From: Ruminococcus sp. UBA3286
Lineage (GTDB): Bacteria; Bacillota; Clostridia; Oscillospirales; Ruminococcaceae
Direction of reading: 5' to 3'
Length of the DNA: 46,102 nt
Assembly (NCBI GenBank): GCA_002362135.1
Contig: DETO01000002.1
Location: forward strand, 3,868-49,969
Below are positions 8,794 through 19,243 of the stretch, piece by piece (position 1 is the first letter of the stretch; each line of letters begins with the position of its first letter). The notes beneath the pieces are model-generated. The model did no database searches. It was given only the letters and a program-made list of their open reading frames with translations, and was not told the origin of the DNA. The position numbers were made by a program, and so were the translations under genes.

Positions 8794-11120
8794 TGACCGT
8801 TGCCTCCGTATGGGTCGTAGCCGCTCCACCATATCCAGCCGCTGTCCGTCCATTCGCCATTGACACCATCGATATATGCATACCATACTCCGTCAGGGCC
8901 ATAAATACCGTCCTTACCGGGGATTCTTTCATCAACCGGAGGAGGATCTGTTGCAGGAGGATTCGTGGGAGTAGGAGTAGTAGGAGCCTGAGTCGGAGGT
9001 TCTGTTGCCTGAGCAGGGAAACCGCCTGCAAGCTCAAATGCAGCACGAATATCATCGCCTGAAATTACATCAACAACATTATCGGCAAAATTGAATTTAT
9101 ACGTACCGATATTCGCTCTTTCCTGACTAACCATATTCGTGAGTATTACCTGTACCGAAACATTCTCGCCTGAACCTACAACAGGGAATGTTATCGTTGC
9201 ATACTCGGGAACTGAGAATGTGGGAGTCTGCTGAGTATTCATCGTGCCGTCCTCATTCTGGAGAATGAATGAGATAGTGAATATACCTACTGCGTCACCG
9301 GGCAGTTCAACCTGGAACGGAATTTCGCCGTCGGGAGATTTACCGTTACTGTATTCAAACTCGATGGTTGTTCCTGTTTCAACCTTTTCGCCCTTCTTGA
9401 TGGACTGATTAACGACAATGCCCTCTTCTTCATAAGAAGCAACAGGAACGGGTTTAACCTTAAGTCCCTTATATTCGGCAAGTTTTGTAGCGTCCTCGAT
9501 GGTTTTGCCTACCCAATCGTCAACTTTCAGCTGACCTGCTTCCTGACCAATGCTGACATACACGATTATTGTGGAATTCTTATACGCCTGCTGACCTGCC
9601 TCAGGCTCTGTTTTGATAACGTAGCCCTTTTGGACATCGGTGCTGGAGGATTTCCGTATCTCGGCTTTCAAGCCTATCTGATCGAGCATATCTTTTGCAA
9701 GTTCCGCGTTTTTCTGCGTAACGTCGGGAACTTCGACGGTTTCCATACCCTTGCTTATCTTAACTTTCAGTATGTCGCCCTTTTTGAATTCAGTACCCGG
9801 TTCGATATCCTGTTCAATGATTATACCGGGTTCGGCTTCATTGAATTCCTGACCTTCGTCCTCAAACTGAATATTGTTTCCGTACATACTTACAGCGTCG
9901 TTGAAATCCATGCCTACAACGTCGGGCATTCTCCAGTCGTTCTCATTTTTAGTACCCTTTATGGAATCCGTAAGCATCAGCGAGATAACGATAACGCCCA
10001 CAATGATAACAACTACCACGACAGCCGTCAGAACAGGAACTACCAGTGAAGAACGCTCTTCCTCTTCGTCATCGTCATCATCGTCATCGTAATAATCATC
10101 ATTATTATACGCATTTCCGTATGCCGGCTGCTGTCTGCGATGTCTTCCGTCTCCGCCTGCCGTCGCATATGACTGCTTATGGACTGCAACGGGTTCTTCC
10201 GCAGGAGGAAGTTCAATATCGGCAGGATCTGTATAAAGCTGAGAATCGGAAGGAACTTCGTCCTCTTCCTGATAATAACCGAACACAATATTCGGATTAG
10301 CCTTGAATTTCTCTATATCTGCGATCATTTCGCCCGTATTACGGTATCTGTCCTCCGGAGCTTTTTCCATTGCCTTGAGAACGATCTCCTCCAGACCGTC
10401 GGGAATATCGCTGTTGATCGCCTTTGGACGAACAGGAATATCATGCATATGCATTACAGCTATTGCAACGGGATTATCGCTGTCAAAAGGCTTCTGTCCC
10501 GAAAGCATTTCGTACATCATCGCGCCGACGGAATAAATATCGCTCTTGGCGTCCGTAACCGCGCCGCTTGCCTGTTCGGGGCTGATGTAATGAACGCTTC
10601 CTATAGCCTGATCGGTAGCTGTTTTGCCTTCCTCGCGGGCGAATTTGGCAATACCGAAGTCCATGACCTTGATAGTGCCGTCGCTGAACATCATAATGTT
10701 CTGAGGCTTTATGTCTCTGTGTACGATTCCCTTATCATGAGCGTGCTGAAGAGCGCGGAGGATCTGTATAATAAAATGGACAGTCTCCTTCCATGATATG
10801 ACTTTTTCGTCTTCAATATATTCTTTCAGAGTGATTCCGTCAATATATTCCATGACGATATACTGAAGCTTATCGGAAAATCCGACGTCGTAGATTTTAA
10901 CAATATTCGGGTGAGAAAGAACTGCTATTGCTTTTGATTCATTACGGAAACGGCGGAGAAACTCTTCATTTTCCGCATACTCCTTTTTCAGAATCTTAAT
11001 AGCGACGGGTTTGTTGTCAATGACGTCAACGCCCTTATAAACTTCAGCCATTCCGCCGACGCCTATAAGCTCGGTGATCTCATATCTGCCGTCGAGCTTT
11101 TTGCCAATGTACTTATCCAT
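8787..11120 (-). CDS. pknB: PASTA-domain Ser/Thr protein kinase (PrkC/Stk1)
   Basis: GVGGMAEVY, VAIK, HRDIKPQN, DFG, YISPEQ; one TM; three PASTA-like repeats; extra C-terminal region. Confidence 0.95.
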   Translation of the reverse strand: MDKYIGKKLDGRYEITELIGVGGMAEVYKGVDVIDNKPVAIKILKKEYAENEEFLRRFRNESKAIAVLSHPNIVKIYDVGFSDKLQYIVMEYIDGITLKEYIEDEKVISWKETVHFIIQILRALQHAHDKGIVHRDIKPQNIMMFSDGTIKVMDFGIAKFAREEGKTATDQAIGSVHYISPEQASGAVTDAKSDIYSVGAMMYEMLSGQKPFDSDNPVAIAVMHMHDIPVRPKAINSDIPDGLEEIVLKAMEKAPEDRYRNTGEMIADIEKFKANPNIVFGYYQEEDEVPSDSQLYTDPADIELPPAEEPVAVHKQSYATAGGDGRHRRQQPAYGNAYNNDDYYDDDDDDDEEEERSSLVVPVLTAVVVVVIIVGVIVISLMLTDSIKGTKNENDWRMPDVVGMDFNDAVSMYGNNIQFEDEGQEFNEAEPGIIIEQDIEPGTEFKKGDILKVKISKGMETVEVPDVTQKNAELAKDMLDQIGLKAEIRKSSSTDVQKGYVIKTEPEAGQQAYKNSTIIVYVSIGQEAGQLKVDDWVGKTIEDATKLAEYKGLKVKPVPVASYEEEGIVVNQSIKKGEKVETGTTIEFEYSNGKSPDGEIPFQVELPGDAVGIFTISFILQNEDGTMNTQQTPTFSVPEYATITFPVVGSGENVSVQVILTNMVSQERANIGTYKFNFADNVVDVISGDDIRAAFELAGGFPAQATEPPTQAPTTPTPTNPPATDPPPVDERIPGKDGIYGPDGVWYAYIDGVNGEWTDSGWIWWSGYDPYGGNGQW

Positions 11121-11197
11121 TGTCTTATCCTTCCTTTAGAGTTATTATGGTACGCTTACGATGAGTAAAGCGATCCGTACTTAATTATTAATTTTGA

Positions 11198-11926
11198 TTA
11201 TTGATCGGAAACAATTGCTACTGTGACATTATCCCTACCGCCCTTGCTGTTGGCAAGTTGTATCAGCGCCTCGGCTATTCTGTCGGGATCGGCTTCTGAG
11301 ATCGTATCGTAAATTTCATCGTCGCTGCAATATCCCGACAAGCCGTCGGAGCAAAGCAGCAGGCTTATTTTATCCTCATAATCGAGAAGAAAAGTATCTG
11401 TCAGAACGGTCTTATCCACACCAACCGCGCGCGTAAGCATATGCTTCTGCGGGTGCGTCGCCATCTGCGCTTTGGTAATCTTTCCCTGCTCGTAAAGAAG
11501 CATCGCCACATTGTGGTCGGTGGTTATGGGGTGAAGTCCCGCATCGGATATAAGATACGCGCGGCTGTCGCCCACATTTGCAACAAATGCGGTTTTTGAA
11601 TTAACAAAAGCGGCTACGCAGGTAGTTCCCATGCCGAAATTTTTAAAATCCAGCCTCGCTCTCGTATAAATCACGGAATTCGCCGCCGAGATAGAGGAGA
11701 TCATCAGCTTTCTTATATCGTCATCGCCGAGACTTTCGCTGTATCCGTCGGAAAAACGCTGAAAGAATTCGTTTATGGCGATATTGCTCGCTTCTTTTCC
11801 TGCACGTTCGCCGCCCATGCCGTCGCACACCACGGCAAGTATGTTATGCCCGAAATATTCGCATCTTACGGCGTCCTGATTTTCTTCGCGCTTCAAACCG
11901 ATATCGGTTCCGAATCTGAATCTCAA
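11198..11926 (-). CDS. stp: PP2C-type Ser/Thr phosphatase (PrpC/Stp1)
   Basis: R.ENQD, VCDGMGG, MGTT, NVGDSR, CSDGL, GGRDN. Confidence 0.93.
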   Translation of the reverse strand: MRFRFGTDIGLKREENQDAVRCEYFGHNILAVVCDGMGGERAGKEASNIAINEFFQRFSDGYSESLGDDDIRKLMISSISAANSVIYTRARLDFKNFGMGTTCVAAFVNSKTAFVANVGDSRAYLISDAGLHPITTDHNVAMLLYEQGKITKAQMATHPQKHMLTRAVGVDKTVLTDTFLLDYEDKISLLLCSDGLSGYCSDDEIYDTISEADPDRIAEALIQLANSKGGRDNVTVAIVSDQ

Positions 11927-12981
11927 CCCCGCGCACCTCCATTCTTATTTTCATTTTCGGCAGCGTCGCGTCTCAGCTGACCGCAGGCTGCCTCTATATC
12001 GCTTCCGAGAGTACGTCTTACGGTAGCGTTTATGCCCCGTTTTTCAAGCCGTGCAGCAAAGGCGGATACGGCGTTCGCCGCTGTGGAATAATTTCTCTCT
12101 TTCACCTTGTTGACGGGAATCAGATTAACGTGGCAATTTATACCGCGCAGAAGATCGGACAGCCTGTCCGCGTCTGCGTCGGAGGAATTAACGCCGTCTA
12201 TCACGGCATATTCAAATGTTATCCGCCTGCCTGTTTCCGCAATATAATGGCGGCAGGCTTCAAGCAGTTCTTGAATATTATATGCACGGTTGACAGGCAT
12301 TATTTCACTTCTTGCTGAATTTTCCGAACTATGAAGAGAAATGCAGAGCGTAAGCCCCAGTTTCAGCTTTGCAAGTTCATAAATTTTCGGGACGATGCCG
12401 CAGGTTGAAAGCGACACATGACGCAAGCTGAAATTATTGCCGTCCTTAGATGAAAGCAGCTCCAGAAATTTCAGAACGTTGTCGTAGTTGTCCAGCGGTT
12501 CGCCTATGCCCATGAGTACAAGACCGGAAATTTTCACATTGGAATTTTTTTCAGTCTCATAGATCTGCATCAGAATTTCCGACGGCGCAAGATCTCTTAC
12601 AAATCCGGCAATAGCCGAAGCGCAGAATCTGCAACCCATTTTGCAGCCGACCTGAGTGGAAACGCACAGGCTGAAACCGTAGCTGTATTCCATCAAAACC
12701 GTCTCAACAAAATTCCCGTCAGAAAGTCTATACAGATATTTTACAGTATTATCTATAGAAGATTCAAGTCTTTTCTGCACAAATAGTCCATTTATACAAA
12801 AAATCTCTTTTAATCGCGCTCTTAATTGGACAGATAGATCAGTCATTTTGTCAAAATCAAAGACTCTTTTAACGTGGAGCCACTGAAAAATTTGTTTTGC
12901 CCTGAATTTTTTCTCGCCGATCTTTACCATTTCGTCCTGAAGTTCCCGAAGTCCGAGACTTAAAATATCGATTTTTTCCAA
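11923..12981 (-). CDS. rlmN: Dual-specificity RNA methyltransferase RlmN
   Basis: STQVGCKMGCRFCAS, MGIGEP, AACGQL; TTG start at 12981 with an AGGTGG SD. Confidence 0.94.
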   Translation of the reverse strand: MEKIDILSLGLRELQDEMVKIGEKKFRAKQIFQWLHVKRVFDFDKMTDLSVQLRARLKEIFCINGLFVQKRLESSIDNTVKYLYRLSDGNFVETVLMEYSYGFSLCVSTQVGCKMGCRFCASAIAGFVRDLAPSEILMQIYETEKNSNVKISGLVLMGIGEPLDNYDNVLKFLELLSSKDGNNFSLRHVSLSTCGIVPKIYELAKLKLGLTLCISLHSSENSARSEIMPVNRAYNIQELLEACRHYIAETGRRITFEYAVIDGVNSSDADADRLSDLLRGINCHVNLIPVNKVKERNYSTAANAVSAFAARLEKRGINATVRRTLGSDIEAACGQLRRDAAENENKNGGARG

Positions 12982-12998
12982 CGGCTCACCACCTTTGA

Positions 12999-14306
12999 TC
13001 AAAGTCTTTTTCTTAATTTAGCAATAAAAAATCCGTCGTTTCCGTCGAAATCCGAGGGAAAAAGCGTGGTCATACTTTCAAGCTTTCTGCCCATTATCGT
13101 CGGCATTTCACAAAGTTCAATCTGCGGAGAATTTTCCAGAAGCCGCATGACAACTTCTTCATTTTCGGCTTTTCTGACAGTACAGGTGGAATAGACCATC
13201 TCACCGCCCGCAGCAAGATAGTTCAAAGCGTTCATAGCAATATTGTACTGAATTTCAGGCAGTCTTGCAAATTCCGACAGCTTTTTATATTTTATTTCGG
13301 GCTTGTGGCGAATAACTCCGAATCCCGAACATGGCACGTCGCAGAGAATTTTCGTATACTTCGGCAGTTCGGCATTAAACACGGAAGCGTCGCCGCTTTT
13401 TGCCGTAATATTTGGAAGTCCGAGTCTTTCAGCGCCATTGCGGATAAGCTGCACACGCTTTTCATGAAGATCGAAAGCATGGATCTCGCCCTTGCCGTTC
13501 ATCATTTCCGCCATAGTGAAAGTTTTTCCGCCCGGAGCAGCGCAAATGTCCAGTACACGGTCATTTTCCGTAGGTGCAAGCGACATACAGCATATCTGCG
13601 AGGAAATATCCTGCACATGAAACCAGCCGTCCCGAAAAGCCTTCGTATTAACGAGATCGCCGCCGTCCAGACAATAGCAGAAATCATCGGCAGAGAGTCT
13701 TTTCAGCCCCATTTTACCAAGCGCGCTCATAAGTTCATCATCGGAACATTTCAAGGGATTTCGCCGAATATACGTCATTCCCTCAGTCAAACTCCATTGC
13801 AGAAACTGCTTTGCAGTTTCATTTCCGTAATCAGCCGCAAGACTTTCTGCAAGTTCGGGCGGACATGAATATTCAGCCGAAAGAATCTCGGTTTCACTGC
13901 CCTTGAATTTCATTTTTTTGCCGCCGCGAATAAAATTCCGCAGCACAGCGTTGATCATTCCCGAAGCGCTTGTTTTTCCAAATTGCTTAGCAAGCGAAAC
14001 GCTTTCGTTGACCGCCGCGTTATCGGGAATGCCGTCCATAAATAGCAGCTGGTAAATTCCGCAACGCAATATAGTTACAATTATACTGTCCATTTTGCGC
14101 AGCGGACGCGAGCAATATTGTGCTAAAATATAGTCAAGAGTGATCTTGCGCTGTATAACTCCATAGTACAGCGCCGTACACAGCCTGCGTCCCTTTTCTT
14201 CAAGATCAGCTTTTTCCAGTCCGCTGTTCAGCTGGATATTGGAATAACTTCCGCTGCAAAAAGTCTTATCAAGAAGTTTCGCAGCAACATATCGTGGATT
14301 CATCAT
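12999..14306 (-). CDS. rsmB: 16S rRNA m5C967 methyltransferase RsmB
   Basis: NusB-like N-terminus, LDICAAPGGKT, DVPCSG, YSTCT, DGFFIA. Confidence 0.93.
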   Translation of the reverse strand: MMNPRYVAAKLLDKTFCSGSYSNIQLNSGLEKADLEEKGRRLCTALYYGVIQRKITLDYILAQYCSRPLRKMDSIIVTILRCGIYQLLFMDGIPDNAAVNESVSLAKQFGKTSASGMINAVLRNFIRGGKKMKFKGSETEILSAEYSCPPELAESLAADYGNETAKQFLQWSLTEGMTYIRRNPLKCSDDELMSALGKMGLKRLSADDFCYCLDGGDLVNTKAFRDGWFHVQDISSQICCMSLAPTENDRVLDICAAPGGKTFTMAEMMNGKGEIHAFDLHEKRVQLIRNGAERLGLPNITAKSGDASVFNAELPKYTKILCDVPCSGFGVIRHKPEIKYKKLSEFARLPEIQYNIAMNALNYLAAGGEMVYSTCTVRKAENEEVVMRLLENSPQIELCEMPTIMGRKLESMTTLFPSDFDGNDGFFIAKLRKRL

Positions 14307-14323
14307 TTTTTATATCCTCAAAC

Positions 14324-15247
14324 TCAACCGATTTTTTCCCCTTTAGTCAGCTTTCTGCCGCGGAGAAAATCAGCTGTTTTCATGCGTTTTCCGCCCTCAA
14401 GCTGAATTTCACAGAATTTTATCGTACCTTCACCGCAATTTACGGAAAAATTATCGGCGTCGGCGATAGTACCTGCTTCACCGTGAGCAATATTGTCCGA
14501 AATTTCAGAAGAAAATACTTTCAGACGCTTGCCGCCCAAAGTCGTGAAGCCTGTTACGCCGCGAATAATATTATGAAGTTCCGCCGCCGATTTTGAAAAA
14601 TCAAGGGCGCTCATCTCTTTCCTGATCATCGGAGAATAGCAGCTGAGAGAATCGTCCTGCTTTTCCGGAGCAAGATTACCTGACTCCAACGCGTCGAGAG
14701 TTTCCATGAGAACGTCTCCGCCAATTTCCGCAAGACGGCTGTAAAGCTGCGAATACGTCTCATTTTCGCCGATTTTCACAGATTTTTTTATAAGCATATC
14801 TCCGGTGTCCAAGCCCTCGCTCATTTGCATCGACGTAACGCCTGTTTCGGTTTCGCCATTCAGCAATACCCAGTTTATCGGCGCAGCGCCTCTGTATTTC
14901 GGAAGCAGCGACGCATGGATATTGATGCAGCCGTACTTCGGAAGCTCCAGAATTTCTTTCGGGAGAATCTGACCGTACGCCGTAACGACTATAAGATCGG
15001 GAGCAATATTGTGCAAAATATTCATTGCCTCCGCCGCATCGTCGCCCTTGCGCATCGAGATCGGCTGATAAACTTCGATTCCGTACTCCAGAGCGGCAGC
15101 CTTAACGGGAGTCGGTATCATTTTATAACCTCTTCCCTTCGGCTTGTCGGGCTGAGTGAAAACCGCCGCGACCTCGTGATTGCTTTCAGCCAATTTTTTG
15201 AGGCATGGCACGGCAAAATCCGGAGTTCCCATAAAAACAATTTTCAA
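14324..15247 (-). CDS. fmt: Methionyl-tRNA formyltransferase
   Basis: VFMGTPDFA, NIHASLLPKYRGAAPI, GLDTGD. Confidence 0.96.
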   Translation of the reverse strand: MKIVFMGTPDFAVPCLKKLAESNHEVAAVFTQPDKPKGRGYKMIPTPVKAAALEYGIEVYQPISMRKGDDAAEAMNILHNIAPDLIVVTAYGQILPKEILELPKYGCINIHASLLPKYRGAAPINWVLLNGETETGVTSMQMSEGLDTGDMLIKKSVKIGENETYSQLYSRLAEIGGDVLMETLDALESGNLAPEKQDDSLSCYSPMIRKEMSALDFSKSAAELHNIIRGVTGFTTLGGKRLKVFSSEISDNIAHGEAGTIADADNFSVNCGEGTIKFCEIQLEGGKRMKTADFLRGRKLTKGEKIG

Positions 15248-15249
15248 GC

Positions 15250-15711
15250 TTACTCCTCCTCGGGTACAAAAAATTCTTCAACCTTTTCTGTAAATACATG
15301 ACCGTCAAGATGATCGTTTTCGTGGCTTACGCATTGTGCGCCAAGCTCGGTAAATTCCCGCTCAAACCAGTTTCCGAAGCGATCCTGCGCTTTGATGGTC
15401 ACCTTCTTTGGGCGAGTCACATATCCCCAGATATTCGGGCATGAAAGGCAGCCCTCGGCAACGCGCTGCTTGCCTTTTGCAGTTATGATCTGCGGATTTA
15501 TCACTTCAACATTGCCCTCGTCAAGGTGCATAATAAAAATTCTTCTGCATAATCCTACCTGAGGAGCGGCAAGTCCGAGACCTTCCGCCTTATCAAGAGT
15601 TTCGTGCATATCGTCCAAAAGAATAGCTAATTTCTCATCAAATTTCTCCACAGGTTTACAAACCTTATGAAGCATTTCATCTCTATCGTTTAATATTTTT
15701 CTAAGAGCCAT
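15250..15711 (-). CDS. def: Peptide deformylase
   Basis: GLGLAAPQVG, EGCLS, HENDHLDG. Confidence 0.95.
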   Translation of the reverse strand: MALRKILNDRDEMLHKVCKPVEKFDEKLAILLDDMHETLDKAEGLGLAAPQVGLCRRIFIMHLDEGNVEVINPQIITAKGKQRVAEGCLSCPNIWGYVTRPKKVTIKAQDRFGNWFEREFTELGAQCVSHENDHLDGHVFTEKVEEFFVPEEE

Positions 15712-15742
15712 ATTTTTCGATCCTTTGTATTAATATTATTAT

Positions 15743-18187
15743 TTATACGCCTGCATCGCCGTTCAAGTCAGCGTAAAAGGCAATTTTTTTCATCTCGTTC
15801 AGCTTTGCGCCTTCCTTCAGCACAGCGCTGATAAAACCGCGTATTTCCGCATTATTCTTGCATTTCATAATTATTCGCCATCGATATTTGCCGTTCAGTC
15901 TGCCATACGAAGCCTTTATCGGGCCAAGTACCCTGATAGGCGTTTTCGGCTGTAATTCGCGGAGTCTGACGTTCATCAGCTGCAAAACCGTCTCCGCTCC
16001 GATTTTGACTTCATCGTCAATATCGCCCGAAAAACAAAAAATGCACATATCGCACAGCGGCGGAAAAATCATTGCACGGCGTATCGAAATTTCCTCACGG
16101 TAAAAACCTTGATAATCCTGCGCGGCGGCAAGATTCATAATGTAATGATCGGGCATGAAAGTCTGCAATACCGCGCGCCCCTGACGATGACCGCGGCCGC
16201 CTCGCCCAACAACCTGAGTTATAAGTGAAAAAGTTCTCTCATAGCTTCGGAAATCGCCTGCATACAGGGATTTATCTACTGAAAGCACTCCCACCAGAGT
16301 AACGTTCGGGAAATCCAGCCCCTTGCCGATCATCTGCGTGCCGACCATAATATCGTACTCGCCGTTTTTAAATGCGGAGAAGCCTTTTTCATAGGAATAT
16401 CGCGAAAAAGTGGTATCCGCATCCATACGCAGGATACGCGCGTCGGGGAAATACATATTCAGCTCGTCTTCCAACCTCTGAGTTCCGAATCCCATACTTT
16501 TCAGCCGTTCCGAGCCGCAATTCGGGCATTTCACAGCAGGTTCGCAGGCAAATCCACAGTAATGGCACATAAGCTTGCCGTTTTTCTTGTGGAATGTCAG
16601 CGGAACTGAGCAATTCGGGCAATATATCGGCTGATAGCAGTCGCAGCAGCTGATTATTGTATGATAGCCGCGCCTGTTCAGAAGTAATATGCTCTGCTCG
16701 CCATTCTGAAGATTCAGATTCATCTCGTCAATAAGAATTCGGCTGAATTCCGTGGGATTTCCGGCAAGCCGCTCCTCATTCATATCGACCGTCGTAACCG
16801 TCGGAAGAGGGCTGCTGCTGTATCTTTTTTTCATTTCGATCAGCTTGTAGATTCCTTTTTCCGCGAGATAGTAGCTTTCAATGGAAGGCGTCGCCGAAGC
16901 CAAAAGAAGCACAGCGCCATGATAAGCGCAGCGTTTTTTGGCTATATCATGGGAATAATACCGCGGCGAACTTTCCGATTTATACGACCGTTCACCCTCT
17001 TCGTCAATAATAATCAGCCCGATATTTTCAACAGGCGCAAAAATAGCGCTTCTCGTACCAATTACTATATCCGCGTCGCCGCGCTTTATTCTTTTATATT
17101 CGTCAAGCCGCTGTCCCAATGAAAGACCGCTGTGAATCACCGCGACCCGTTCGCCGAACAGTGCGCGAAATCGCTTTAAAACCTGCGGCGTCAGACCGAT
17201 TTCAGGTATCAGAAGTATCGCGCGCCGCCCCATTCCGATAGTGTTATATATAAGTTTTTCAAAGACCGCCGTTTTACCGCTTCCGGTCACGCCATGAAGC
17301 AGAAAAACCGCAGGCTTTTTCTCTGATATTTTTGCGAAAACCTCGTCATGCGCAAGCTGCTGCTCCTCCGAAAGCACGGTACTTTCGGGGGTTATCCTCT
17401 CATCAGCTTCGTACTCGACTCCGCGCAGTATCTCCATTTCATATTCCTCGGCAGCTCCGCTTGCGGCAAGCCGCTTTACGACGGATTCTGTAAATCCGCA
17501 CATATAGGCAGTTTCCTTGACGGAAGCCGAACCGCAGCTTTTGAGAAATTCCGCCGCGATCTTCTGTTTCGGAGTCAGCCTGAACGCCGTAGGATCGCTT
17601 AGATATTTTTCGGAAAGCCGAATCATCTTCACAGCCGCATCGCCGACAGCCTGCCTGAAAGTATTATCAACTTTCAGCGCACCGGCATCGATAAGTTCGT
17701 CAACAGCTTTTCTGCCGCATCGGGAAATATGATTCGCCGTCATTTCGGTAATAATGCTGCTGTTGCCCGAACATTTCAGCTTTTCCAGCAAATCGGAAGC
17801 TTCCTCGGAAATTCCCGAAATATCGCGTAAATCCTTAGCAAGTTCAAACTTTTCTTCCGCATGAACGCTCATAGAGGGCGGCAGCATGGTTTTGACTGCG
17901 TCGAAATAGGTGCAGAAAGTCTGGTCACGAAGATATACGGCAAGATCAAGCAGTTCCTCTGAAACGATCGGTTCACTGTCTATCTGCGCCGAAATATTTT
18001 TCAGCCCGCTTTCATCGCTTGCCCGGAGTTCCATTACAACGCCTATTCTGCGCTGATTCCCTCTTCCGAAAGGAACCAGCACACGACAGCCACGCCTGAG
18101 GAGCATACTGTCAGGGACAGAATAGCTGAAAAGCATATCGAATGAATACGCTGTTCCGCTGACGGCAGTTTTCGCAATCAGAGGCAT
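15743..18187 (-). CDS. priA: Primosomal protein N' (PriA)
   Basis: GVTGSGKT, IIDEE, SATP, Cys-rich CxxC cluster, KGLDFP, QVVGRGGR. Confidence 0.95.
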   Translation of the reverse strand: MPLIAKTAVSGTAYSFDMLFSYSVPDSMLLRRGCRVLVPFGRGNQRRIGVVMELRASDESGLKNISAQIDSEPIVSEELLDLAVYLRDQTFCTYFDAVKTMLPPSMSVHAEEKFELAKDLRDISGISEEASDLLEKLKCSGNSSIITEMTANHISRCGRKAVDELIDAGALKVDNTFRQAVGDAAVKMIRLSEKYLSDPTAFRLTPKQKIAAEFLKSCGSASVKETAYMCGFTESVVKRLAASGAAEEYEMEILRGVEYEADERITPESTVLSEEQQLAHDEVFAKISEKKPAVFLLHGVTGSGKTAVFEKLIYNTIGMGRRAILLIPEIGLTPQVLKRFRALFGERVAVIHSGLSLGQRLDEYKRIKRGDADIVIGTRSAIFAPVENIGLIIIDEEGERSYKSESSPRYYSHDIAKKRCAYHGAVLLLASATPSIESYYLAEKGIYKLIEMKKRYSSSPLPTVTTVDMNEERLAGNPTEFSRILIDEMNLNLQNGEQSILLLNRRGYHTIISCCDCYQPIYCPNCSVPLTFHKKNGKLMCHYCGFACEPAVKCPNCGSERLKSMGFGTQRLEDELNMYFPDARILRMDADTTFSRYSYEKGFSAFKNGEYDIMVGTQMIGKGLDFPNVTLVGVLSVDKSLYAGDFRSYERTFSLITQVVGRGGRGHRQGRAVLQTFMPDHYIMNLAAAQDYQGFYREEISIRRAMIFPPLCDMCIFCFSGDIDDEVKIGAETVLQLMNVRLRELQPKTPIRVLGPIKASYGRLNGKYRWRIIMKCKNNAEIRGFISAVLKEGAKLNEMKKIAFYADLNGDAGV

Positions 18188-18188
18188 A

Positions 18189-18392
18189 TTATTCCTCGTC
18201 TAAAGTGCTGACGATCTTCCATTTTCCGCTTGCAAGCTCCTCAACAGCCGTTTTTACGGGTTTTTCCTCAAGAGTTTTCTGATTTTCATAAAGTTCCTGC
18301 GAAATTTCTCTCGCGCGCTTCGCAACAGCGATAACGAGTGAATAACAACTCTCATTCTTTGAAATTATCTGATTTACTGCCGGTCTAAGCAT
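18189..18392 (-). CDS. rpoZ: RNA polymerase omega subunit
   Basis: MLRP...YSLVIAVAKRARE...KPVKTAVEE; GAGGTG SD. Confidence 0.9.
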   Translation of the reverse strand: MLRPAVNQIISKNESCYSLVIAVAKRAREISQELYENQKTLEEKPVKTAVEELASGKWKIVSTLDEE

Positions 18393-18993
18393 TTTCAATC
18401 ACCTCATCTATAAATTTGCTCTGAACGCTTTTTTTCAGCTGTTCTGCACGAATAACCGCAAAAAAGTCATCAACAGCGTCCTCAAGGGCGTCGTTTACGA
18501 TTATATAGTCGTAATTTGCGGCGTAAGGAAGTTCGTCAAGAGCAGCTTTAACGCGTTTGTCAATAACTTCCTGTGTTTCAGTTCCCCTCTTATTAAGACG
18601 GCGGCGCAGTTCGCCAACGCTTGGGGGAGCGATAAATACCGAAAGCGCGTCGCGCCTTTTTTCCATTACCTTCATTGCGCCCTGCACTTCGATCTCAAGA
18701 ATCACATTGATTCCCGCTTTCAGTCTGTCATCGACCTCGGAAGTGAGAGTACCGTAATAATTGTCGCAGTATCGGGCGTATTCCAGAAATGCGTCCTCAT
18801 CGATCTTCTGCTTGAAGCTTTCGGTCGTAAGGAAATGATAATTCACGCCGTCAACTTCGCCCTCGCGCGGCTGACGGGTTGTGGCTGATACCGAACAATA
18901 AAAACGGTCGTCCTTCAGTATCTCAGCAAGCATAGTACCCTTGCCGCAGCCTGACGGCGCCGAAAATATGATCAGTCTGCCTTCATTCGTCAT
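18385..18993 (-). CDS. gmk: Guanylate kinase
   Basis: [40 protein letters not shown]. Confidence 0.95.
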   Translation of the reverse strand: MTNEGRLIIFSAPSGCGKGTMLAEILKDDRFYCSVSATTRQPREGEVDGVNYHFLTTESFKQKIDEDAFLEYARYCDNYYGTLTSEVDDRLKAGINVILEIEVQGAMKVMEKRRDALSVFIAPPSVGELRRRLNKRGTETQEVIDKRVKAALDELPYAANYDYIIVNDALEDAVDDFFAVIRAEQLKKSVQSKFIDEVIENA

Positions 18994-19240
18994 CGACATT
19001 ACCTCCTGTTTCATTTATTCTTGCAGCAAGAGTTTCCGTGATAAGCGAGGACAGGATAATATGACCGCTATCCATGATTATCACCGCTCTTGTTTTTCTG
19101 CCGTATGTGGCGTCGATCGCCCTGCCGTCGTCCTTAGCCTCCTGAATAAGCCTTTTTATCGGGGCTGAATCAGGGCTGACGATAGTAACTATTCTTGCCG
19201 CGGAAATCATATTCCCGTAGCCGATATTTATCAATTTCAT
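18983..19240 (-). CDS. remA: RemA/DUF370 regulatory protein
   Basis: [27 protein letters not shown]; between yloC and gmk. Confidence 0.9.
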   Translation of the reverse strand: MKLINIGYGNMISAARIVTIVSPDSAPIKRLIQEAKDDGRAIDATYGRKTRAVIIMDSGHIILSSLITETLAARINETGGNVDDE

Positions 19241-19243
19241 AAA

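Noticed and set aside
10060-10105. (TCA/TCG)n repeat
   Set aside because: Encodes the acidic juxtamembrane tract of PknB; ordinary low complexity.
12720-12900. AT-rich stretch in rlmN as an internal promoter for stp-pknB
   Set aside because: Best match TTGAAT-18-TAAAAT is weak and far from stp.
7283-18392. Absence of rpe and coaBC from the Bacillus-type gene order
   Set aside because: Ordinary lineage-level rearrangement; no pseudogene remnants or gaps seen.
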